A stretch of 64,000 nucleotides of DNA, taken from positions 81,644 to 145,643 of the forward strand of contig CAZQYV010000001.1 in NCBI GenBank assembly GCA_964597675.1, in the 5' to 3' direction. A program made the position numbers and the translations under genes. This document shows, one piece after another, positions 49,074 through 57,013 of the stretch. Under the pieces are notes generated by a model. That model searched no databases, was not told the DNA's origin, and was given only the letters and a program-made list of their open reading frames with translations. The number at the start of each line of letters is the position of its first letter. Position 1 is the first letter of the stretch. The stretch comes from an uncultured Candidatus Saccharibacteria bacterium. GTDB lineage: Bacteria; Patescibacteriota; Minisyncoccia; Phycocordibacterales; DATDWN01.

Positions 49074-49162
49074 TGTTTTTAATAAGTAAGATGTAATAAG
49101 TAAGATGTAATTTTTTGATTTTGTATTTTTTACTTCTTACTATTTACTCATTACTTTTTTGT

Positions 49163-49675
49163 TTAACCTGCTTTTTCAATAATTATACTTAAACCCTTGG
49201 GACTTTTCTTTGCAGGATCAGCGATTTTGTATGTTTCTGTAATAAGTTTCAATACTCGATCCATACGTTCCCGCAAAAATGCTTCATTCATGTACTTGGT
49301 TCTACCGGGCAAAAAGAGATCTATTTTGATACGGTGCCCTTCTTTGAGCCATTCTGATGATTTTTTCGCTTTTAACCCCAAATCATGATCCCCAGTACCC
49401 ACCTTGATTTGAATGTTTTTCACTTCAACAGTGTGCGCTTTGGATTTTGCTACCTTTTGCTTTTTACTTTCAGTGTACTGAAATTTACCATAATCCATGA
49501 TTTTAGCAACCGGTGGATTGGCTTTTGGGGAAATCTCTATAAGATCGAGTCCTGCTTCCTTGGCTTTTTCAATGGCCTCGGCAAAGGACAAAACCCCTAG
49601 ATTATCTCCATCATCAGTAAGGACACGGAGTTCAGGTGCTTTTATTTGGTTGTTAATTCGAACAGATGTACTCAA
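49163..49675 (-). CDS. infC: Translation initiation factor IF-3
   Basis: RIN..I, LDL.EISP.A.PPVAKIMDYGKF.Y. Confidence 0.98.
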   Translation of the reverse strand: MSTSVRINNQIKAPELRVLTDDGDNLGVLSFAEAIEKAKEAGLDLIEISPKANPPVAKIMDYGKFQYTESKKQKVAKSKAHTVEVKNIQIKVGTGDHDLGLKAKKSSEWLKEGHRIKIDLFLPGRTKYMNEAFLRERMDRVLKLITETYKIADPAKKSPKGLSIIIEKAG

Positions 49676-49741
49676 TATGAATCAATTAATGAATAAAATA
49701 CTGCGTTAATATATCATCTTTTTTATAAAAATGCAAGGGTC

Positions 49742-50377
49742 CTACTGGATGGAGAGACTCTTTAATATATCATTAAATATACTTTCAGATTTTGATGGAG
49801 AAATAACTCCGGGGACAGCAAGGACCTTGTCTCGAGCTTCCTTAACGATAGCCGAAGAAAGAGCCTGAATAGATGCCTGATTTATCACAAGTGTTTCTGT
49901 AGTGCCGGCAGGGAAATAGTAGGTGGTTTGGCCACACCCTTCTGCGCCCTCGTATATTGCAAAGCCAGATAGTTTGCCGATTTTGAATGTTTCAATAAAT
50001 CCAGGAGAGGAGACCAATTCATCATTTATAAAATTTTCTTGTGGAATGTACGGGCTTAGGGTGCGTACGGTGTCAGTTAGATTTTTTTGAATGATTCGAA
50101 TAGTGACATTGAAATCGGTCAATCGCTCGTATGTTTTTGTATCACCCATCATGTCGCATGCACCAGTATTGAGATAGGGGATATCGTGGTGGAGTGTAAC
50201 AACATCATCGGTGGTGTTGACCGAAAGTATTTTAGGATATGTAAAGCCGACACCAACACGAGCATTTCGGTATGTTCCGGTTGTTGAATTTGTAATCTGG
50301 GTTTTTCCTTTTTTGAAATACCACAAGCCTCCGAGAATGATAATGCAGATTGCAATAATGATGTACGTTCGTTTCAT
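49742..50377 (-). CDS. Membrane-anchored extracellular hypothetical protein
   Basis: MKRTYIIIAICIIILGGLWYF; Y.N...G..FTYP; EGAEGCG. Confidence 0.75.
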   Translation of the reverse strand: MKRTYIIIAICIIILGGLWYFKKGKTQITNSTTGTYRNARVGVGFTYPKILSVNTTDDVVTLHHDIPYLNTGACDMMGDTKTYERLTDFNVTIRIIQKNLTDTVRTLSPYIPQENFINDELVSSPGFIETFKIGKLSGFAIYEGAEGCGQTTYYFPAGTTETLVINQASIQALSSAIVKEARDKVLAVPGVISPSKSESIFNDILKSLSIQ

Positions 50378-50503
50378 ACCCAGAGTATACCACATCACCT
50401 TTTTTGGGTTATGTGGATAGTATTTTAGACAAACAAAATCCGCCCTCCACCGGATTTTGTTGCCCGATGTTGGGCGGTAATCGAACAACTCAGACTGTTT
50501 GAG

Positions 50504-50761
50504 TCATTGCTTGTGGACTCCTTTCTTCGGTAGTCTTTTCAGGAGACCTTCGATTTCAGCGATGTTCCTCACGTGTGGCAGTGTCTTGCTGAGAAAATCC
50601 CTCTCAACTTCTTCAACCGCCGTGAGTGTTCGAGGTGGAATCATGCAGTGGGCGCAGTTAAGTTCTGCCAACCGCAATACTTTTTTGTGTACTTCTGGGA
50701 GTCGCGACTCCCTTCTTTTTATTGCGACGAACTTTTTGATGTCTGTTCGGACACTCATCAA
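50504..50761 (-). CDS. Small hypothetical protein
   Basis: AAGGAG RBS; TTGACA(50849)-17-TATAAT promoter on minus strand; CAHC. Confidence 0.65.
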   Translation of the reverse strand: MMSVRTDIKKFVAIKRRESRLPEVHKKVLRLAELNCAHCMIPPRTLTAVEEVERDFLSKTLPHVRNIAEIEGLLKRLPKKGVHKQ

Positions 50762-50851
50762 AGAACTCCTTTCCTAACTCTCGGTTCACCAATTTCCTCT
50801 AGGATGTTATTTACAATTGTATTATACACCCAAATCACTTTCTTGTCAACC

Positions 50852-51736
50852 ATTTTTCGAGTACAAAAAAGTCCTATTTCTAGGTGAAATTTGGGGGTAG
50901 TGGTGGCAGTTCGGCCTTCGCTATCTTGTCGATAAAATAAAAAGTAAAGCCCGCACCGAGTGCGAACTGTATTATTGTGAGCGGGGTATAAAATTTAAGC
51001 ATAAAAATGACGTCGACGGCCTAAATACAAAATACATCCAAATTAAGTATAGTTGTTGTTTAACATGAGCTTTTTGATATTATTATCATAATGAAAAAGG
51101 AAAACAATCTAGCTTTCATAGATGGAGCAAATCTTCATATGGGTGTGACTTCTCTTGGTATTAAGTTAGATTATAAAAAATTTAGAGTATGGTTAACAGA
51201 TAAATTTTCAGTTTATACTGCATACATTTTTCTCGGAAATATTCCAAAATATTCAAATCTTTACGTCCATCTTCAAGAATCAGGATACAGAATAATTTTT
51301 AAGGAAGTTGTTTATGATGGAAATGGAAAAGCAAAAGGGAATTGCGATGCAGACTTAGTTTTAAAAACAGTTCAGTGGTTTTACGAAAATGAATATGATA
51401 ATGCTGTTATTGTTTCAAGTGATGGTGACTATGCTTCACTTGTAAATTTTTTGATTGATAAAAATAAACTAAGAGCTGTCGTTTCTCCTTCCGACGAAAA
51501 AAATGTTCCGTCTTACTAAAAAGAACAAAAGCTAAAATTTATTATTTGAAAGATAAGAAAAATACACTTACATAAAAAAAGACCCCCAATGAAGACGAGC
51601 TTCACAAGGGTTCTTTTCGTAGTGATATTAAAAGTATATCAAACTGTTCGTGAATGTCAAATAAATATTTTTCGAGTACAAAAAAGCCCTATTTCTAGGT
51701 GTTGTTTAGGGGTAGTGGCGGCAGTTCGCCCTTTGC
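50852..51736. repeat. ~70-bp direct repeats (50852-50921, 51667-51736) flanking the NYN gene
   Basis: ATTTTTCGAGTACAAAAAAG.CCTATTTCTAGGTG...GGGGTAGTGG.GGCAGTTCG.CCTT. Confidence 0.88.
51091..51575 (+). CDS. NYN/LabA (PIN-like) domain protein, apparent frameshift at A7 tract
   Basis: AFIDGANL, KGNCDADLV, VSSDGDY..LV; frame 0 stops at 51519, shifted frame continues CSVLLKRT.. to 51575. Confidence 0.8.
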
Positions 51737-51775
51737 CTTAAAATTTTCTCGTCAGAAAATTTAATATTGTGGGAG

Positions 51776-52045
51776 TTATGGTTGTTTAGTTTCTAATCCG
51801 AGATTGAATTTTTCTATAAGCATTTCTTTCTTTTCTCGTCTCCATTTTTTGATTTGTATTTCTCTCTGTCTGGCATGAGCAAGTGTTTCATATTTTTCTA
51901 AAAAGACAATTTGGAGGTTATGTTTTATTTTTGTGAAGTTGGATCCTCTTTTTTCATTATGATAAAGAACTCGTTGCTTTGGGTTTTTAGTGATACCTAC
52001 ATACAAAATATTATCAGGGTTTTTGATCATGTATACGAAAAACAT
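51776..52045 (-). CDS. Small GIY-YIG nuclease family protein
   Basis: FVY.I, LYVG.T..P..R...HN, A..RE.QIKKWRREKKE.LI. Confidence 0.92.
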   Translation of the reverse strand: MFFVYMIKNPDNILYVGITKNPKQRVLYHNEKRGSNFTKIKHNLQIVFLEKYETLAHARQREIQIKKWRREKKEMLIEKFNLGLETKQP

Positions 52046-52193
52046 AAATTAATTATAACAAAAGCTGCCAAAGGCAGCTTTTGTGTGTTAATACAGTCCC
52101 TCGAATCCCTCGGGACACTCGACTCGTAAGTACCATCTTGTTTTTAGGTGGTTTACCACGAGCGAGTTCCAAGTAATCTTGGGACGAGTCGAG

Positions 52194-52587
52194 TGGAAGT
52201 GGCGGCATCGAAGCCGCGTCCATAGAAGGAACTAAAATGTGTCTACAGCGTGTAGTTTGTTTTATATTTAATCATCTATACTATGTAACAAACAAAATGT
52301 ATAAGTGACGATTCTCAATGTTTCAAACGATGAGTCGAGACACACCCATGTTCTAGCTAAAAATATATCAATCAACCTCCCGTATTAGCGTCAGGGAAGC
52401 GACCGTCTCCTTGGCGTCGGCTTATGCTCGAGCGAAAGAGAAAGCAAAGTCATTCATACTAAAGTATGGTGATGTTGCTTTTGAAGCTACAGTATTTGCA
52501 TGTAGGCTTTTCTGTACCGTTTTAGGAGAGCACAGAACTCCGCGTTGCGCAGATCAATTCTTTTCTATGTCAAAACCTGTCACCCCC
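52194..52587 (-). ncRNA. ssrA: tmRNA
   Basis: 5' GGGGGTGACAGGTTTTGAC, 3' GCGGC-TTCGAT-GCCGC-CACTTCC-A with G3-U pair; tag frame 52499-52422; downstream of smpB. Confidence 0.93.
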
Positions 52588-52694
52588 GCAAAATGTGCCT
52601 GCCATGGAAGGCAGTTGCAGATTTTCGCGTCCCGATACCACCCGTGTAGGGTGGTAGAGGGGCAGACGTACTTTGCGCGAAGCAGGTTTTGGTG

Positions 52695-53138
52695 TCAACG
52701 AACTTTGTGCTCTCGGTCTATATCGCGATCGCTCTGTCGTTTCTTGAGTGTCTCTCGTTTATCAAACTTCTTTTTACCACGGACAATAGCAATATCTACC
52801 TTGATCTTTGTACCCTTATTATACACCGAAATAGGTACAATTGTCAAGCCCTTTGTTTTCTCTGCTGTCTCAAGATCGAGGATCTCATTTTTCTTGAGTA
52901 GCAGTCGGCGATTACGATATGGGTCATAGTCAATTGGGGTGTTGTTTTCTTGGTAGGGTGGTATGAACATGTTGGTAACAAAGGCCTCTGTACCACGGAC
53001 TGTGACTCGGGCACCTTCGAGTGACCCCTGACTTCCCTTGAGGGATTTTACTTCATGACCAAAAAGCTCTATTCCTGCGGGATAGGTTTCCATTATTTCG
53101 TAATTCATGCCGGTCTTTCGGTTTGTAATGAGTGCCAT
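52695..53138 (-). CDS. smpB: SsrA-binding protein
   Basis: NRK, AGIEL.G.EVKSL, R.R.LLL.K.EI, GKKKFDKR. Confidence 0.97.
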   Translation of the reverse strand: MALITNRKTGMNYEIMETYPAGIELFGHEVKSLKGSQGSLEGARVTVRGTEAFVTNMFIPPYQENNTPIDYDPYRNRRLLLKKNEILDLETAEKTKGLTIVPISVYNKGTKIKVDIAIVRGKKKFDKRETLKKRQSDRDIDREHKVR

Positions 53139-53201
53139 GGCTAGATTGTACCCCGCTTGCTTGGTATTGACAATACAAATATCATGGAGTAACCTTTTTC
53201 T

Positions 53202-53449
53202 AGATCTGTACGATCTTTCCGTGGGAGGTTTCTTTTCGGTGAAGGAGAAACCACCATGAAGATCGCTTATCTGTAAAAGGCCTGTGGCAAACAGGCCGGG
53301 CTAAAGGTTGCTGCGTATTCTCGTCCTATCAGTAAAATGTGCACTCATTGCTGGTAATTTGAGTTTCAGAACAGAACCTTGCCCCTTCATCCGGATTACG
53401 TGCTCTATGCACAGCCGGGATGCCCCGACACGAGCGTCGGGGCATTTTA
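53202..53449 (+). ncRNA. Candidate ~245-nt structured RNA
   Basis: TTGACA(53167)-17-TAACCT; several helices; ATGCCCCGAC/GTCGGGGCAT-TTT terminator. Confidence 0.5.
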
Positions 53450-53488
53450 CATTTCAATTTTTGTATTTTCATGTATAATACCCGTACT

Positions 53489-55420
53489 ATGGCAACTCCA
53501 GAAAAACCACAAAAACAAACAAAAATTATTATAAAAAAATCGCCAGATGGAAAAGGTGGCGGGGGATCAATCATAAGTTATGTTTTGTCTATTTTGATCA
53601 TATTTATGATCCTCTCTTCGCTTTACTCTCTTATTGTTAACCGGACAAAGACCACGAGCGAAATTCCTCTTTCCCAAGTCTCAACAGATATAAAATCTGG
53701 TTCCATCATTTATATTGTTGTAAAAGGGGATGAACTTGATCTCACATATAAAAACGGTGATATAAAAAAGACAAAGAAAGAATCAAACGAGGCGCTGTCT
53801 CAAACACTGGTCAACTACGGAGTGACGTCAGCGGAATTGGCTACTATAAAAATTGATATTAAAAATGAAACAGGACTTGGCTACTGGTTGCTAAATCTGT
53901 CACCAATTATTTTTCCAATTCTTTTTATTCTTGTGTTCATCTGGTTTATCACGCGACAAGTCAAAGGGGCCGGTATGCAAGCTCTTACTTTTGGCCAGTC
54001 CAAGGCGCGTATGATAGACCCAAATGACAAGACGCAGCGAGTGACATTTAAAGATGTTGCTGGGGCAAAGGAGGCAAAGGAGGAGCTAGCAGAAATTGTT
54101 GATTTTCTCCGTAATCCAAGAAAGTTTCTCGATATTGGTGCACGTATCCCTAAAGGAATTATTTTGATGGGTGCTCCAGGTACGGGAAAGACATTGCTTG
54201 CACGTGCGGTTGCTGGCGAAGCCGGTGTGGCATTCTTTTCTATTTCGGGATCAGAATTTGTGGAAATGTTCGTAGGTGTCGGCGCATCTCGCGTACGTGA
54301 TCTTTTTATGATGGCAAAGAAAACTGCACCATCAATTATTTTTGTTGATGAAATTGATGCGGTTGGTCGCGTACGCGGTGTCGGTGCCGGTGGAGGAAAT
54401 GATGAACGCGAGCAGACACTCAACCAAATTTTGGTAGAGATGGATGGGTTTGAACCAAACGAAAAAGTTATTGTTATGGCAGCAACAAACCGACCAGATG
54501 TTCTAGACCCCGCTCTGCTCCGTCCAGGCAGATTTGATCGCCGTGTGACACTTGATCTACCAGATCGCCTCGATCGTGAGGAAATATTGAAAGTCCATGC
54601 AAAGAAAAAACCACTCGCAGAAGATGTGAATCTCTCTGTCATTGCAGAGCGTACCCCAGGATTTTCTGGTGCAGATCTATACTCGCTTATGAACGAAGGG
54701 GCGATCCTTGCTGCTCGCGAGAGTCGCCAAAAAGTTTCCCAGTATGATTTGATTCGATCGATTGAAAAGGTCATGCTCGGTCCCGAGCGCAAGAGTCATA
54801 TTCTTTCGAAAAAAGAAAAAGAAATTACTGCATATCACGAAGCAGGGCATGCCGTACTCGCATCGCTTTTGCCATATGCAGACCCTGTCCATAAAATTTC
54901 TATTATCTCTCGTGGTCGTGCGGCGGGATACGTTTTGAAATTGCCACTCGAAGATCGCAAAATGCAGTCCAAGAAAGAATTTCTTGATGATATCGCGGTT
55001 TCTCTCGGTGGATATGTCACAGAAAAAATGTTGTTCGATGATTTGACCACAGGTCCATCAAATGATTTGCAGGTTTCGACGGCTCTCGCTCGAGATATGG
55101 TAACTAAATACGGTATGTCAGACGCTCTTGGTCCTATTGCTCTCGAAGGTCAAGGTGGTAAAGTTTTGTTTGGTCGTGGTGTAGAGGAGAGAGAATTTTC
55201 AGAAAGAGTTGCTGCCGAAATTGATTTTGAAGTTTCAAAAATAATGAAAGAGGCACAAGAAAAAGCATTCTCAACAATTACACTAAACCGACCACTACTG
55301 GATGCGATAGCTCGACGCCTAATTGAAGTCGAGACGATAGAACGGGCAGAATTCGAAACACTTCTTGTAGCCCATGGTATTACACCAAAACAAAAATTGG
55401 ATATTGAACATCAAGTGTAG
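53489..55420 (+). CDS. ftsH: ATP-dependent zinc metalloprotease FtsH
   Basis: Two TMs, [29 protein letters not shown]. Confidence 0.99.
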   Translation: MATPEKPQKQTKIIIKKSPDGKGGGGSIISYVLSILIIFMILSSLYSLIVNRTKTTSEIPLSQVSTDIKSGSIIYIVVKGDELDLTYKNGDIKKTKKESNEALSQTLVNYGVTSAELATIKIDIKNETGLGYWLLNLSPIIFPILFILVFIWFITRQVKGAGMQALTFGQSKARMIDPNDKTQRVTFKDVAGAKEAKEELAEIVDFLRNPRKFLDIGARIPKGIILMGAPGTGKTLLARAVAGEAGVAFFSISGSEFVEMFVGVGASRVRDLFMMAKKTAPSIIFVDEIDAVGRVRGVGAGGGNDEREQTLNQILVEMDGFEPNEKVIVMAATNRPDVLDPALLRPGRFDRRVTLDLPDRLDREEILKVHAKKKPLAEDVNLSVIAERTPGFSGADLYSLMNEGAILAARESRQKVSQYDLIRSIEKVMLGPERKSHILSKKEKEITAYHEAGHAVLASLLPYADPVHKISIISRGRAAGYVLKLPLEDRKMQSKKEFLDDIAVSLGGYVTEKMLFDDLTTGPSNDLQVSTALARDMVTKYGMSDALGPIALEGQGGKVLFGRGVEEREFSERVAAEIDFEVSKIMKEAQEKAFSTITLNRPLLDAIARRLIEVETIERAEFETLLVAHGITPKQKLDIEHQV

Positions 55421-55503
55421 AAAATAAAAACAGTACCTCGGTGCTGTTTTTATTTTCTTGCATCTATTGTGGAGCGTGTGTATGATAGGGAAAGGAGAGT
55501 TTC

Positions 55504-55731
55504 ATGAGCACTAGTTCTATTTGTGACAGAATAAAGTATCTGCCTGAGGAGGGCGGATTTGTCCCGTGTGAGGGCAGATTGACTGCTCAGTTAATTGAGA
55601 ATGAGTGTGGTCAATTTTCAACACACCGAGTTTGTCCGAAGTGCGAAAAAGATTTCGGAGAGGTTGATTTGTTTTCATCTCCGCTTGACCTTACATCATC
55701 ACACAAACAACAACTGCTTAACTTTCGGTAA
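55504..55731 (+). CDS. Small Cys-containing hypothetical protein (possible zinc ribbon)
   Basis: AAGGAG RBS; CPKC plus upstream cysteines. Confidence 0.55.
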   Translation: MSTSSICDRIKYLPEEGGFVPCEGRLTAQLIENECGQFSTHRVCPKCEKDFGEVDLFSSPLDLTSSHKQQLLNFR

Positions 55732-55771
55732 ACTTCTTTTCACGGGCCACTCTACGGAGTGGCCTCAATTT

Positions 55772-56029
55772 TTATTTACCACCCCATCTCCAATGAGGAC
55801 GTTCACCTTTTGCGTAGCAGATGATAAGAAGGAAAATGGTATCGATAATAAAAGGCAATGCAAAACTTGCAAAAAAATCACTAGGAGAGTTGGCGTATTT
55901 TTCAGAGAGCATTGCAAATTGAACAATAGGTGTCACATATAAAAGTGTCACCGCCCAACCCTGCCACGACACTGGGTACCAACCCCACCCGTACATTTTT
56001 GCTTTAAACCATAATTTGTTATTTTTCAT
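55772..56029 (-). CDS. Small two-TM membrane protein
   Basis: WFKAK.YGWGWYP.SWQGW ... KGE.P.WRWG. Confidence 0.8.
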   Translation of the reverse strand: MKNNKLWFKAKMYGWGWYPVSWQGWAVTLLYVTPIVQFAMLSEKYANSPSDFFASFALPFIIDTIFLLIICYAKGERPHWRWGGK

Positions 56030-56067
56030 ATCTATATTTTATGCTAGTATAGCGATATGTTCAATAT

Positions 56068-56141
56068 GCGCGTGTAGCTCAGTTGGTTAGAGCTCGGAGC
56101 TTATACCTCCGTGGCCGGGGGTTCGAGTCCCTCCACGCGCA
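56068..56141 (+). tRNA. tRNA-Ile (anticodon TAT)
   Basis: Acceptor GCGCGTG/CACGCGC-A; anticodon arm CGGAG-CTTATAC-CTCCG; GTTCGAG T-loop. Confidence 0.92.
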
Positions 56142-56145
56142 CAAG

Positions 56146-56970
56146 TTATCTAGGAAACTCTTCTACCAATTCATTTGAATCATAGAATTCTCGAGCAAGT
56201 GAGCCAAAACTATATGTATGGTCACCGATTTTTATTTCAGCACCACCTGACTGTGGGTCAGAATGTGGACGCGATCCATTGAAGCCGATATTGTATAGTG
56301 TTGCTAAAATATTAGACCTACCAGAAATATCAAAACCAGCATTTTTCCACTGTGTCATGATCTGTTTCAAATAGAGCCCGGCATATAGGTAACTGTAGTA
56401 GTGGTCGTGCTGGTCTGTCATACGGGTGAATCGCTCTTGTTTAATGTCTGCGGTCTTGAAATCAAGCATGTGTTCATATGTTGGTCCGAGGTAGTATGCT
56501 GATGATCTGTCTTTCAGATTATTTTCTATTTCAATCGCTGTCTCTTCTTTGGTGCCCATCACACCCCATGAAAACTGTGTTTGGCTACCAAGTATTTTCA
56601 ATGGCTCAAAAAACTTTTTGTACGATTCGCGCTCCGTATAAAAAAGACGAAGTTGTTCGACAACAAGTTGGGTGATAATCAGGCGAGGGGACACCCCTGC
56701 AGTCGCGCTCGCTCGGTAAATCACTGCTTTGTCTTTCAATATAGCAGCTCGTATTGTCTGCCATTCTGGCAGTGTCGCCCAGTACATGTCACTAGGTGAA
56801 TTGGTTACAGTTTCAGGTGTTTTTCCGCCATCGAGGAAGTTTTGACGTTGGGTATCAATCACTCCGCTTGTGTTTGTTAGTCCATATTTCACAGCAAAAA
56901 ATCCGGCTGTTAGTCCAAAGCCGATGAAAGCAAATATATAAACTAATATAGTAAATATTTTTTTTGGCAT
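56146..56970 (-). CDS. Membrane-anchored hypothetical protein (possibly lysozyme-like fold)
   Basis: N-terminal TM; EQLR, FSWGVMG.K..TA, LATLYNIG. Confidence 0.75.
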   Translation of the reverse strand: MPKKIFTILVYIFAFIGFGLTAGFFAVKYGLTNTSGVIDTQRQNFLDGGKTPETVTNSPSDMYWATLPEWQTIRAAILKDKAVIYRASATAGVSPRLIITQLVVEQLRLFYTERESYKKFFEPLKILGSQTQFSWGVMGTKEETAIEIENNLKDRSSAYYLGPTYEHMLDFKTADIKQERFTRMTDQHDHYYSYLYAGLYLKQIMTQWKNAGFDISGRSNILATLYNIGFNGSRPHSDPQSGGAEIKIGDHTYSFGSLAREFYDSNELVEEFPR

Positions 56971-57013
56971 GAGATTTTTCTATTGTGTGTTCCAACATAA
57001 CACGACAGAGACA

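Noticed and set aside
52411-52929. 172-aa + strand ORF
   Set aside because: Antisense to tmRNA and smpB
53881-54792. 303-aa minus-strand ORF and similar antisense ORFs over tuf, fusA, recG and ribosomal genes
   Set aside because: Antisense shadows of conserved genes
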